DNA of 64,000 nt from Octopus vulgaris (taxonomy: Eukaryota): NCBI GenBank assembly GCA_951406725.2, contig OX597839.1:19592001-19656000 (forward strand), given 5' to 3'. Positions 43,104-56,405 of this stretch are shown piece after piece; positions within the stretch are counted from its first letter, which is position 1, and each line of letters opens with the position of its first letter. The position numbers were made by a program, and so were the translations under genes. The notes below the pieces were generated by a model that worked only from the letters and a program-made list of their open reading frames with translations, made no database searches and was not told the DNA's origin.

Positions 43104-43930
43104 TATTGGGTCATCCCATAAATAATGCGTTTTTTTTTTCAATTCCATGAACTAAAAGTCGGAGGAGGACAGGATAAACTACCTGCATCAACCTCCAATA
43201 AAAGCAGGTAGTAACTTCACCTTCGGCTTACTTTTAGTGTAAGTTTCGAAGGGTGCAGTCCGATTTTAACGGTTATCTTTATCAAAGCTGTAATGGAAGT
43301 GACAAAGGAGCATATTTGACATGTTTTGCCTTATGAGTTCAATAAAGGCATCAAGGCAACGGAAATTGCAAGGAATATGAATGCAGTATAAGGGGGTCGG
43401 ACAATAAGCGCAAGCCTGTCTCGACGGTGGTTCCAGAAATTCTGAGCCAGAAACTACAGACTAGAAGACGAGTCTCATTCTGGAAGATTTTGTACAACTT
43501 GACGAGGACGTCCTGCAAACCCTTTGTGGAACAAAATTCCATCGAAAATATTGAGGGACTAGCAGAGAGTCTTGGACATTCAACTATTCATTGACAACTG
43601 CGTGCCTTCGGAAAACTCAGCAAATTGGATCAATGGGTTCCTCACAAAATTTCCGAGTCTAATCATGCACAAAGAGTGAAGGTGTGCTCTTCTTTGCTGT
43701 CACGCCTCACGAATGAACCGTTTTTGGACCGAATAGTGACTGGTGATGAGAAATGGATTCTCTATGAAAATGTCAAGCGCCAAAGTCAGTGGGTTAGGAA
43801 GGGAGAAACACAGGGGCCCCACTCTAAAGAAGGTCTTCACCCTCGTAAGGTTGCTATCTGTATGGTGGGATATCAAAGGTTTAGTCCACTTTGAACTTTT
43901 AAACCCAAACCAAACGATAACAAAGGAGAT
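43104..43930 (+). mobile_element. Mariner transposon: left TIR and decayed transposase, truncated at a microsatellite
   Basis: TA-ttgggtcatcccataa terminus; ATG at 43293 (MEVTKEHI..EFNKG); WVPHKI, FLDRIVTGDEKWILYEN and SVWWDIKG motifs; stops and frameshifts. Confidence 0.9.
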
Positions 43931-43968
43931 CTCTTTCTCTCTCCCTCTCTTTCCGTATGTTTATATAA

Positions 43969-44017
<49 letters not shown>

Positions 44018-44022
44018 TGTGT

Positions 44023-44060
<38 letters not shown>

Positions 44061-44323
44061 ATGCGTAAACAAACCAAAGAGGATAGCACTCAACACATTT
44101 GGTGCTAGTTATATGTATATAGTTTTAATAACAGTTTGGTTCAGCTCAGCAGGATCGAAAGTTTCCTGAGCACGGAACAGACGTCTTTCTAATCAGACGA
44201 TGAAACGGACCTGTTTAACAGCCACACAAAACTTTATGTCATATGGAGTCAAAACTGCCATTACGTATATGCATGTATGTATGGATATGTATGTATATAT
44301 ATATCTATGTATATGTATGCATA

Positions 44324-44690
<367 letters not shown>

Positions 44691-44715
44691 ATATATATAT
44701 ATATTATATTTATGT

Positions 44716-44930
44716 AAAATATAAATTAGAGATAAAACCACTGTTATGCAAGTCAAACGGTGATAGACATAAACTAAAGCATAAATAACAAATAATATAT
44801 ATATCACTGTTTGAGTTGCATAATAGTAGTTTTATCTCTAATTTATATTTTATATATTTATATTGTGAAATTTGATTTAACACTACATTGAATTTTCCCC
44901 TGTAAGTTTGGAGTTATACTCCCTAATATT
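44716..44930. mobile_element. Fold-back family F element; arms 44716-44765 and 44802-44851
   Basis: aaaatataaattagagataaaaccactgttatgcaagtcaaacggtgata versus tatcactgtttgagttgcataatagtagttttatctctaatttatatttt. Confidence 0.7.
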
Positions 44931-44970
44931 ATACACACACACACACAGACACACAGACACACACACACAC

Positions 44971-45036
<66 letters not shown>

Positions 45037-45380
45037 ATCAAAACAGTTTGATTCAAATTCGTTGGTATTCGGAGAGTTTCAAGCGTGATTCTAATCTTCA
45101 ACCATTTCAAATTCAAAATGGCTGAAGATTAGCTTCACACTAATCCATAGATGTAACTCCTGTAAATGTGCTGAGTTCCCTTCTTTCGTTTGTCCACTCA
45201 CTCATATATATATATGTGTGTGTTGTGTGTGTGTGTGTGTGTCAACAAATATACATGCTTACATATACACATATATTTTTATACCTATATATAAATATAT
45301 ATACCTACACGCACATATATACAAATATAAGCGCACACATGTACATCGATCTATCTCTCTGTCTGCCTGCCTCCCACTCT

Positions 45381-45431
<51 letters not shown>

Positions 45432-45529
45432 GAGAGGGATGACCACTATGTGGACAACCCTAATGCTAAAAGTAGATCCGCTATGGTCTTACCACTAAGA
45501 AATGTTCTCTTGAAAATTTAATTTTAATT

Positions 45530-45560
<31 letters not shown>

Positions 45561-45984
45561 TTATAAATATATGTATACATATGTACATGCATATATTTAT
45601 ATACCTATATATACATGCAATTATACATATATATATATATATGCGTATGTATGTGCGTGTGTGTGTGTATACCCTGAGCCTGTGCATGATTTTACGCATG
45701 TGTCGATGTCTTTGTGTGTGTGTGTAATTCCGTATGTGTCTATATATCTACCATGGTGTAATGTAATTTTGCATATGTATTGAATCCAGTGTGCATGCAT
45801 GCGCGCGCGCGCGTGTGTGTGTGTCTGTGTGAGTTATCGTGTGTATGTGTGAAAGTGTGTTTGTCAGTGTTTGTGTGTGTGTGTGTGTGTGAATGTGGTT
45901 ATAGATGTTGGGCGGAGTTTCTCAAAAGTATTGGATTTCGTGAATATAGAAAAATTCACTGATCAGATCAAATTAATATCGAAT

Positions 45985-46495
45985 ACTACCACCACTACCA
46001 CCACCACCACCACTACTATTACTACTAGTACTACCACCACCACCACCACCACCACCGCAATCACCACCGCCACTACTACCACTACTACTACTACTAATAC
46101 TACAAATACTACTACTACCACCACCACCACCCCTGCCACTACTACTACTACCACTACCACCACCACCACCACTACTATTACTACTAGTACTACCACCACC
46201 ACCACCACCACCGCCATCACCACCACCACTACTACCACTACTACTACTAATACTAATACTATCAATACTACTACTACCACCACCACCACCACCACCACTA
46301 CCACTACTACTACTACCACCACCACCACCGCCATCACCGCCATCACCACCACCACTATTACTACTACTACCAATACTACTACTACTACCAATACTATTAC
46401 TACTACTACTACTACTACTAATACTACTACTACAGCATCTACTACTACTATCATTTTTAATGTCGTTGATATTGTTGTTAATATTATCATCATCA

Positions 46496-46545
<50 letters not shown>

Positions 46546-46562
46546 ATCATCATCATCATCAT
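45985..46562. repeat. (ACT/ACC)n then (ATT/ATC)n compound microsatellite
   Basis: Direct reading. Confidence 0.95.
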
Positions 46563-47044
46563 CTTGGTCAAATTCATAGTCTTCATTTATTATAGTAAGC
46601 GAAGCCGTAGCTTGTATTGAAAAAATTTATTTTAGAATTGTTACAATTCTAATTCATACAAATTCTTATTGGCATGGAATCTTGTGCGCTTCTACTGATC
46701 GTACGGCAGTCTGTATCTGCTTCTGCGGGATACTACACATCTGTGCGTTTGTATACGCGCATGTGTGTACTTTTAAACGTGTGAGTGTGTTGTGTGTGCT
46801 GTGGATGTCTGTGAGAAGGCGTATGTGATTATGTCCCTTGGTTGGACAGGAAGAGGAGTAAAATATATTTTGACATTTATAGACAATGCAGATTTGTTTA
46901 CGAGCTTTTTTCTACTTTCCATTTTTTTTTTTTTTGTATTTGCTGTCTGGTATTTCTTTTTTTTTTCCCATTTGTTCCCAGTGTTTCCTGAGTTTTATTT
47001 AAGAATACGTATATATGTGTGTGTGAGAGAGAGAGTCTGTATTC

Positions 47045-47130
<86 letters not shown>

Positions 47131-47208
47131 ATATATATAAATATATATATGGATATATATATATATATATATGGATATATATATATATATATATGGATAT
47201 ATATATAT

Positions 47209-47264
<56 letters not shown>

Positions 47265-47991
47265 ATATATATATATATGGATATATATATATATATAGAT
47301 ATATATATATATATGGATATATATATATGTATGTATATATGTATATATATACGTGTATACATATATATGTATGTATGTATGTATGTATATAAGTGTATAT
47401 ATATATATATATTTATATATACATATATATATATGTATGTGTATATATATATATATACGTAATTTTATATATGTGTATATATACATATATAGAGAGAGAG
47501 TGTTGTATATATGTATATATATAAAGTATATGTATATATATGTATATATACATTTATATACACACACATTTATGTCTGTATACATATATATGAATGTGTA
47601 TGTGTGTGTGAACATAAATTGCATGTATAAGTGAAAGCAATAATGATAAAGTGTAAATCCATATACAACCACTGACACTAAATCCATACAATAGCATACA
47701 AGATACCAATGGCGTACAAACACAAATTACTCAATCGCAATCATTTACACATACCACTTCTTTATCTCACACATAGACACTCCCCCTCTCTCCCTTTCCA
47801 CCACTCACATACATACATTCGAGTATTCAAGTATAATGCGTGCAAGCCATTACACGCCAGCAAACATATATAAAAACGTGGACGTGCACACAACTATATG
47901 CGGCCTATACCCAAGAGACAACATGTTAACACAGCAAAGCAAATAAATCCATATATATACATATTGTAAGTATGTATGAATATTTACACAT

Positions 47992-48090
47992 AGATGCAGG
48001 GGTGGCTGTGTGGTAAGAAGCTTGCTTACCAACCGCATGGTTCCAGTTTCAGTCCCACTGCGTGGCACCTGGGGCGAGTGTTTTCTACTA
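47992..48090 (+). mobile_element. SINE family A head, abutting an oppositely oriented family-B SINE
   Basis: gtggctgtgtggtaagaagcttgcttaccaacc...gtttcagtcccactgcgtggcacc. Confidence 0.8.
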
Positions 48091-48094
48091 CAAG

Positions 48095-48447
48095 TTATTC
48101 CAGTTGATCCAATCAACGGAACAGCTTGCTCGTGAAATTAACGTACAAATGGCTGAGCACTCCACAGACATGGGTACTCTTAACGTAGTTCTCAGGGAGA
48201 TTCAGCGTGACACAGAGAGTGACAATGCCGGCCCTTTGAAATACAGGTACAACAGAAACAGGAAGGAAGAGTGAGAGAAAGTTGCGGTGAAAGAGTACAG
48301 CAGGGTTCATCATCATCCCCTGCCGAAGCCTCGTGGAGCGTTGGGTGTTTTCGCTCAATAAACACTCACAAAGCCAGCTCTGGGAATCGAAACCACGATC
48401 CTACGACCGCGAGTCTGCTGCCCTAACCACTGGGCCATTACGCCTCA
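48095..48447 (-). mobile_element. SINE family B, near full length
   Basis: Reverse complement of ~1633-1985. Confidence 0.85.
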
Positions 48448-49630
48448 CATACGTATGCACTAACGTATGCACAATCGTATGCACAAATATAGACACACAG
48501 ACATACAGACACACATATGGACATATAGACATGCAGACATGCTCACTAACGTATGCACAAATATAGACACACAGACATACAGACGTACACACGTACAGGT
48601 ATACATATATTTTCATACAGACCCACAAACAAACACTTATCTGAAATCGGATATACAAACAATGATGGCCACTCATATACACACTTACATCCTGAAGCGC
48701 ATGCAGCCCCCACAAACTCACACACGTTCAAACGCATATAGAAACACGTAGACGTGCACACATTTACATACAGATTCATACACACGTATATACTGACAAA
48801 CACATACAACCTCAAACACATACAGACCCATAAACTCTCACACAATGAAACGCATATACTTACCAATACCGACACACACATAGACATACACACATTCACA
48901 TACAGACTCACAAACACACAAACACACATGTAAAGGTATATACCCAAAGATACAGTCACGTATACATACATAGAACTTCAACCTCATACAAACTTATAAT
49001 CTTTCACACAAACGTATATATTTACTAATAAGGACACGCATATAGATGTACACACATTCGAATACAACCCACTAACAGATGTACATACTAAAAAATATGG
49101 GCTCGCATATACATGTACAACCTTAAGCATATACAAACCCACCAATAAATATATACGCACCCTAACATGGCCAGGCGTGTATACGTACAGCCTCAACACA
49201 TACCGACCCACAAATACAGACACGTACATAATTAGACCATAAACAAACAATAATATAAAATGTCACATTGAGACGATAAAACAAAGTTTAGTAAACGTAT
49301 CAATGACACATTCGATTAAGGCGTGGTTGGGGGAGGACAGCTGTGTGGGGGTTCGATTCCTAGGTGATTGATTGCATGAAGGGATGAATAGGGGCGTTGG
49401 AAGAATCGATGGCATAATGGATACTTAGATAGACGGATAGGCGTATAGATGCATGGTTGGATGGAGAGGTAGATGGACATGGACTAGTATATATTTATCT
49501 ATCTAGGTATAATATATACACACATACATAAATATATACACACATACATACATATATATATATATGTACACATACATATATATACACACATACATACGTA
49601 TACATACATATAAATACATACATATACAAC

Positions 49631-49665
<35 letters not shown>

Positions 49666-49893
49666 TGTATGTATGTATGTATATATAAATATATATACAC
49701 ATGAAGACACACATAATGACAGAAACATACACAAATACACATCTGCACAGATGAATGCATATATACACCAATTTATACATAAGCATACTCGGCACGTATG
49801 TATAGGTATGTGCGTGAGCATTTAAACATAGATATATAACTAAATAGATATATGGATACATGGGTAGGCAGACAGAGAAAGAGACAGACAGAC

Positions 49894-49966
<73 letters not shown>

Positions 49967-50045
49967 CATACATACATAAATACATGCATACATAGACATA
50001 CGAACGTGTGTATATTTGTGTGTGCGTGTGTAGACAGATAGATAT

Positions 50046-50093
<48 letters not shown>

Positions 50094-50436
50094 GGGCGGC
50101 TTTGTGCAATGCACGTATGTATGCATGGCTGGATGGGTGGATGGAAATATAGCTGGATAGGCGAGGGTGGAACGGACAGAATCAACTGATCGATCGATTA
50201 CCGTAATGAATGGATAGACAGTTTTGATGGATAGGTTTATCGATGGATCGATGGATGGATCAATTTCAGTGTAGGGGACTAGATGGTTAAGGAGGGATGC
50301 GGTTCAGCTCGGTGATGAATGGCGGAGAAATCATATTGAAACATTGCAAATTGCACACTTGTTGAGCGCCCTGTCAGATCTCATTCGCCAGACCTATGAT
50401 TAACATGTTACAACTGTATCCACCTAGTCCAGCCTA

Positions 50437-50761
50437 ATTCTTCTTCTTCTTCTTGTTCATCGTCTTCATCAACTTCTTCTTCCTCATTTTCTTCTTCTTT
50501 TTCTTTATCGCCTTCATCTTCTTCCTCATATTCTTCTTCTTCTTTTTCTTCTTCTTCTTCTTCTTCTTCTTCTCCTCCTCCTTCTCCTCCATCTTCATCT
50601 TCATCTTTCTTTCCTTCTTTTTCTTTTACTTCTGCACCACCAACGTCTTCGTCATGATCATCATCATTATCATCATCGCAAGCACCAGCTCCCCCTCCGT
50701 CTTTCTTCTGTCCTCCTTCTTCATTATCATCATCATTTACAGTAGCAACGTCTTCTTCTTT

Positions 50762-50816
<55 letters not shown>

Positions 50817-50820
50817 AACA

Positions 50821-50897
<77 letters not shown>

Positions 50898-50935
50898 TAC
50901 TACCACTACTACTAATACTACTACTACTTTTCCAC
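50437..50935. repeat. (CTT)n-rich and (CTA)n microsatellites
   Basis: Direct reading. Confidence 0.9.
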
Positions 50936-51313
50936 CTCTTCTCCTTGTTCTCCTTGTCCTCCTCTTCCTCTGGGTTCCCCCTCCACTTCGTCCCGCGCGT
51001 TTGTCCATTACTTAGTGGGTCACGTTTTCTTTTCATTTTACCTTATTGGAAATGGGTCGATGAGGTGCCCTGTACTTTGCACATACACTCTAAAGTAGTA
51101 CTTCCTTTCTTCGTCGTCCTCCTCCTCCTCGTTATATTCTTCACCTCCTCCTCCCTTCTCGGCTATTGAAGGTTAACTGGTTACTTTTCCTAGCAGACAA
51201 GGCAACTGTATTGAAAATCGCTCGACCACAAATTTATATATTTTTTTGGTGCTCCTTTGAAGTAAACAGTTAAATTTTCGTTATCCGAACTAATATTCCT
51301 ACAAAAATAATGT

Positions 51314-51651
51314 TTTCTACTCCTAGACACAAGGCTCGAAACTTTTGTGGGGAGGAGGCCAGTCGATTAGATCGATCCCAGAACGCAACATGTACGTAAT
51401 TTTTTCAACCCCGAAATGCCTATTTCTTTATTACCCACAAGGGGCTAAACACAGAGAGGACAAACAAGGACAGACATAGGTATTAAGTCGATTACATCGA
51501 CCCCAGTGCGTAACTGGTACTTAATTTATCGACCCCGAAAGGATGAAAGGCAAAGTCGACCTCGGCGGAATTTGAACTCACAACGTAACGCAGATGAAAT
51601 ACCGCTAAACAGTTAGCCCGTCGTGCTAACGTTACTGCCAGCTTGACGCCT
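51314..51651 (-). mobile_element. SINE family D composite (one head, two body/tail segments) inside a ~20-bp TSD
   Basis: ggtacttaatttatcgaccccgaaaggatgaaaggcaaagtcgacctcggcggaatttgaactc resembles the Meta/Sauria-type SINE central domain; tattcct(a)acaaaaataatgt at 51294-51313 and 51652-51672. Confidence 0.75.
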
Positions 51652-51699
51652 TATTCCTAACAAAAATAATGTGGGACAAAGGTTATAATAATCCAATAT

Positions 51700-51990
51700 G
51701 GCCGCTATAGAATTTGAAGGGTCATATCATTTAATGTATGAAGAAGGTGAAGATAGTGCCAATTATTGTTAGTCCTTGGGAACAGTATCAGAAGGCATCT
51801 AGAGGAATATTAAGGAAATTGGAATAGAGTACCCAGTAGAACTGTTACAAAAGGTTTGCCTCCTTGGCACGGCCAGAATAATGAAGAAAGTAGTAGATCG
51901 CTAAAAAGAACGATTAGCATGGTACAGAAGGATGCAGGTAGCAAGCACCCTACGCATGCGAAACACAGAAAAACCTGTGATAGAGAGAAA
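51700..51990 (+). mobile_element. R4/Dong-like LINE 3' end, unit 1
   Basis: KKVKIVPIIV..LGTVSEGI*RNIKEIGIEYPVELLQKVCLLGTARIMKKVVDR*, then 3' UTR and (AAC)n(AAT)n. Confidence 0.8.
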
Positions 51991-52014
51991 ACAACAACAA
52001 CAATAATAATAATA

Positions 52015-52098
52015 AGGGGTGTTACCTTAATTTACTGGTAGCGAACAACTGGCATCGTAGTACATCTCCAACGTTAGAAGTTGTGTAAAGACAATAAA
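52015..52098 (+). mobile_element. R4/Dong-like LINE, 3' UTR only, unit 2
   Basis: ggggtgttaccttaatttactggtagcgaaca... matches the UTR of unit 3; flanked by (AAT)n. Confidence 0.75.
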
Positions 52099-52099
52099 A

Positions 52100-52156
<57 letters not shown>

Positions 52157-52158
<2 letters not shown>

Positions 52159-52484
52159 CAACAAGGTATACGATAAGGAAGAAAGAAAAGTCGATAGATA
52201 TGACAGGTTAGCTTGGGAGATTAAACAGTTGTGGTCGATGGGAAAAGTGGTAGTAGTACCAATAATTGTCGGAGCCCTTGAAAAAAGGAGTAAAAATCTT
52301 GAGAAGTAGATGGAACAAATAGGGGCTGCATTAAGGGTGGAGAACTTGCAGGAAACAGCACTGCTTGGAACCGCCCGAAAACTCCGGAAAGTGTTCGAAA
52401 AATAAGGGGTGTTACCTTAGTTCACTGGTAGTGAACAGCTGGCACCGTAGTACATCTGCAACGTTAGAGGTTGTGCAAAGGCAA

Positions 52485-52486
<2 letters not shown>
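52157..52486 (+). mobile_element. R4/Dong-like LINE 3' end, unit 3
   Basis: KVYDKEERKVDRYDRLAWEIKQLWSMGKVVVVPIIVGAL..LQETALLGTARKLRKVFEK*, then UTR ending gcaaaggcaataa. Confidence 0.85.
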
Positions 52487-52515
<29 letters not shown>

Positions 52516-52558
52516 AAGAAGAAGAAGAAGAAGAAGAAGAAGAAGAAAAAGAAGAAGA

Positions 52559-52602
<44 letters not shown>

Positions 52603-52605
52603 AAT

Positions 52606-52941
52606 AACGACGTAGCTATGCCAGGAGATCAACATATGAAAGAAAGAGAAAAGACCTGAGAATTGAGATCGCTAAGATGTGGCAGCTATGAGAGTTGAAC
52701 CTAAGGGTTACTCTGATTGTCATCAGAGCATTGGGTTCAATACCACCCAATCTGAAAAAAATACATCTGAAACTCTTAGAGATACCCTACAATACAGATG
52801 TATTGCAAAAGTCGGCAGTACTTGGAACTGCATGCATATTGCATAAAGTACTGTCTGTCTGAGGTTCTTAACCCCTAACGTCACTGGTACTGAACAGCTG
52901 ACACCATAGTACATCTGCAGCGTTAGAAGCTGTGCAAAGGC

Positions 52942-52945
<4 letters not shown>
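52606..52945 (+). mobile_element. R4/Dong-like LINE 3' end, unit 4
   Basis: DVAMPGD..DLRIEIAKMW..IVIRALGSIP..LQKSAVLGTACILHKVLSV*, then a unit-3-type UTR and (AAT)n. Confidence 0.8.
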
Positions 52946-52991
<46 letters not shown>

Positions 52992-52992
<1 letters not shown>

Positions 52993-53198
52993 TCTTAAAC
53001 ATTCTCTAGAACAACACTATGTACAAAACAAAATATATTTCTTAAACATTCTCCAGGACAACACTATATACAAAACCAAATATTTGGCACCCTAGGCATA
53101 ACACCAACATGAACTTCCAACTTGTTGTCTCTTGAGGTCTCTGGGTGAGACTTGGATCCACCTTGTACAAATGCAAAGCAAAAGTCAAACATAGAATA
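52992..53198 (+). mobile_element. Probable fifth LINE 3' UTR in the (AAT)n cluster, with a ~50-bp 5' duplication
   Basis: ttcttaaacattctc..g.acaacactat.tacaaaac.aaatat occurs twice; ends in aataat(aac)n; no coding part, so family assignment is positional. Confidence 0.45.
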
Positions 53199-53254
53199 AT
53201 AACAACAACAACAACAACAACAACAACAATAATAATGATAATAACTATAATCAG

Positions 53255-53415
53255 AATTTGGTACAAGGTCAACAAATTGTAAGGAAGGGAGTAAGTCAAT
53301 TACATCGAGCGCCAGTGTTCAAGTGGTACTTCTTTTATTGACCTCGAAATGATGGAAGAAATGGCGTTACTAAGCCTTTTGCCCTGCACGTTAACAATTC
53401 TGCCAGGTCACCGCC
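53255..53415 (-). mobile_element. Old SINE family D copy
   Basis: taagtcaattacatcgagcgccagtg..ggtacttcttttattgacctcgaaatgatggaag matches ~51484-51548. Confidence 0.6.
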
Positions 53416-53619
53416 TTGACCCTTGGTCAACGTTGATCAAGCGTTGGTAACCAAATGCATTGCAGTCAGGACCAAACTGTCCTTTTCCCATGTTCGGGTA
53501 ACTCTTTGTTGTACCCAGCACATACATTATTAAGACAGCAGGGTGGGATCTGAGGGGATTAGGGTAAGAACTGCTACTTCTAGCAAACCAGGCAACCACG
53601 TATAGGCTTCCACAATGGT

Positions 53620-54540
53620 GATAGTGGTAGTGATGTTAATAGTCATGGAGGTGGTGGTAGTAGTGGTGGTGGTGGAGATGACGGTGATAGTTGTAGTAAT
53701 TGTGGTGGTGGAGGTGATGTAGGTAGTGGTTGTGGTGGTGGTAGTAGTGGTCGTGTTTGAACTGATACTGTGATAGTTGTGATTCTAGGTGTAGTAATGA
53801 TGATGGTTGCGGTGGTAGTGCATTGGTGGTGGAGTTAATGGTAGTAATTGTGGTGGTGGAAGTGGAGGTCGTGGTGGAGCTTGTTAGTGGAGGTGGCCGC
53901 AGTGGTGGTAGTGTTTTTGATAGTGGAGATGGTGATGGTAGAGATGTCGGTGGTGGTATTCGTGGTCGTGGTCGTCGTTGTATTAGTGGTGTGGTGGTGG
54001 TGGTGGTGGTGGTGGTAGTGATGGTGGTATTGGTGGTGGGAGGTATTGGTGGTGGGGGTATTGGTGGTGGTATTGGTGGGTGTGGGTATTGGTGGTGGTG
54101 GTGGTGGGGTATTGGTGGTGGTGGTGGTGGTACTGGTGGTGGTGGGGTATTGGTGGTGGTGGGGTATTGGTGGTGGTGGTGGTGTGGTATTGGTGGTGGT
54201 GGTGTATTGGTGGTGGTGGTATTGGTGGTGGTGGGGTATTGGTGGTGGCGGTATTGGTGGTGGGGGTATTGGTGGTGGTGGGGTATTGGTGGTGGTGGTG
54301 GTGGTGGTATTGGTGGTGGTGGGGGTATTGGTGGTGATGATGGTGGTATTGGTGGTGGTGGGGATGTTCGGTCGCAACAGTAACATTAATACCGATAGGC
54401 ATTCCGATGATGACGACGACGATGATGGTGATGATGATGATGACGACGACAACAATGATAATGATGGTGTTGGTGGTAATGATGTTGATGATGACGACGC
54501 CAACGACAACGACGACGACGATGATGATGATGATAATGGT
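53620..54540. repeat. (GGT)n-based array with ggggtatt variant units, then (GAT/GAC)n
   Basis: Direct reading. Confidence 0.9.
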
Positions 54541-54871
54541 AGAGTTGGTTGTCGCTGTTGTTGCTATTAGTGGCGTTGTTGTTTAGTTGTTTTGGTTGGG
54601 AGGACAGGGGTGTCGCAATAATGGTTGCTGAGTGTTCTTTGACAGAAGAGATATACATGAAGATGAATAATGTCTTTGAGGAATTCCTTTCCCGAATGGT
54701 AAATACATTCAAACTGCTCCCATAAAAAAAAGTCGTCCTTCAACCTTAAACGTAAACTTAGGAAAAAACCCGTTAATGTGAGAACGTTTACCGGCTCCTT
54801 CTATCTGCAAGAAATAGCAGTTAAATCTCTCACGTTTGGCACCCAAATATAGTAAATAACGTTTTATTTTA

Positions 54872-55022
54872 TTCTTTCATTCTTTTATTTGCTTCAGCCA
54901 TTTCACTGCAGCCATGCTGGAGCACCGTCGAACAAATCGACCCCAGGACTTATTCGTTGTAAGCCTGGTATTTATTCTATCGGTTGTCAAGCGATGATGG
55001 GTGGACAATCATAGACACACAC
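54872..55022 (-). mobile_element. SINE family A 3' half with an internal deletion
   Basis: ccatgctggagcaccg...tattctatcggttgtcaagcg: deletion between two atcggt microhomologies relative to 61128-61560. Confidence 0.7.
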
Positions 55023-55030
55023 AAATATAT

Positions 55031-55063
<33 letters not shown>

Positions 55064-55074
55064 TATATACATAC

Positions 55075-55137
<63 letters not shown>

Positions 55138-55139
55138 AT

Positions 55140-55513
55140 AAATATTAGGGAATAAATCCAAATTTACAGGGAAAAATCAGATTTAGGATTGAATCCAATT
55201 TTATAGTAAAATATTATATTATATTAAATTAGAGACAAAACCACTATTATGCAAATCAAACAAAGAAAGACTTAAGCCAATACATAAAATAATTTATATA
55301 ATTAAATTTAATTAAAATAACCACTACGATCATTTCGTGTCAGCACTTCTATGAGACATTCTTCATGTGGTTTCAAAACCTTCTTTGCAAGTTTTAAACT
55401 ATGGTTATAACTAGTGGTTATTTTAATTAAATTTAATTATATAAATTATTTTATGCATTGGCTTAAGTCTTTCTTTGTTTGATTTGCATGATAGTGGTTT
55501 TGTCTCTAATTTA

Positions 55514-55522
<9 letters not shown>
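55140..55522. mobile_element. Fold-back family F element with hammerhead relic; arms 55216-55326 and 55412-55522
   Basis: ~110-bp arms with only a few mismatches; minus strand 55321-55370 reads CCAC-aTGAAGA-aTGTC..GACAc-GAAA-tGATCG-TA-GTGG. Confidence 0.8.
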
Positions 55523-55555
<33 letters not shown>

Positions 55556-56176
55556 AACAGAAATGGAGCAACATGTAACAGTTAGAAGTTGATCATTAGT
55601 ATTGAATGATCGTAGTTTAATTATGGTTAAGATAACGTTAACACCTGTTTCTGTTTGCTATTTTTGAGGTAAACTTGTGGTTATCTCGTTCCATGTGAAA
55701 AACATCATCAGAATGATTTGAACTTTAGCAAATAAATATTGACAGCAGATCGAAGGTTGACAGAAAGCAAAAAACAAAAAAAAGGAATTAATAAAAGGAA
55801 AAGAAAAACGAAAAAAAGCAAAAAGGAAAAGGTTCACTAGGTCTTTGGGGTTACATTTTTGCGTCCTTAAAATATGGCACGTGTGTGTATAGTTGATTCA
55901 AATAGATGAATGGAGCAGTGAGTGGGGAAATGACCAGTTGACCGACAGTGTTAGTGGAAAGGTAGTAAAATCCAGTATCATTAATTGTGACAAATAACGC
56001 TATTTGAGTCCGTTAGATAAATCCCCATGATTACAAATTATGCGCTAGTTAAAAATTAAGGACGCTCTTTAAAGTCTAAGTGAGATATACGGCACAAATC
56101 TGGATTACGTGAATAAATATAATAAGTAAAGTGTTGTTATGTGTGGCAACTCTGCGCAATTGGGATTTTATATATA

Positions 56177-56355
56177 TGAAGGCGCGTGGTTAGGGGCATT
56201 CGGCTCATGGTCGTAAGGTCGTGGGTTCGGTTCCCGGCGGCGCATTGTGTCCTTGAGCAAGACACTTTATTTCACATTGCTCCAGTCCACTCAGCTGGCA
56301 AAAATGAGTTGTACCTGTATTTCAAAGGATCAGCTTTGTTAAACTCTGTGTCACA
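56177..56355 (+). mobile_element. SINE head C, 3'-truncated
   Basis: Matches 9215-9395. Confidence 0.8.
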
Positions 56356-56374
56356 TAGAGATGATGATCAAGAA

Positions 56375-56405
<31 letters not shown>

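Noticed and set aside
44150-44215. cctgagcacgg...gatgaaacgg ribozyme-like string
   Set aside because: The core deviates at several positions and there is no second copy for support.
45075-45150. Short inverted pair with (c/t)tgaagattag, hammerhead-like
   Set aside because: Stems II and III cannot be assigned consistently; too degenerate to call.
45871-46620. Thr-rich mucin-like ORF
   Set aside because: (ACT/ACC)n microsatellite running into (ATT)n; open on both strands.
52015-52945. Recurrent ~85-bp repeat with unique spacers, superficially CRISPR-like
   Set aside because: The repeats are LINE 3' UTRs and the spacers are LINE coding ends and microsatellites; eukaryotic context with no cas genes.
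53823-54570. Gly/Trp/Tyr-rich or Pro/His-rich structural-protein-like ORFs
   Set aside because: (GGT)n array with frame-shifting unit lengths; no frame is preferred.
55861-56065. 10-bp inverted repeat gcgtccttaa/ttaaggacgc about 200 bp apart
   Set aside because: Too short, with no TSD or second copy to support a MITE.
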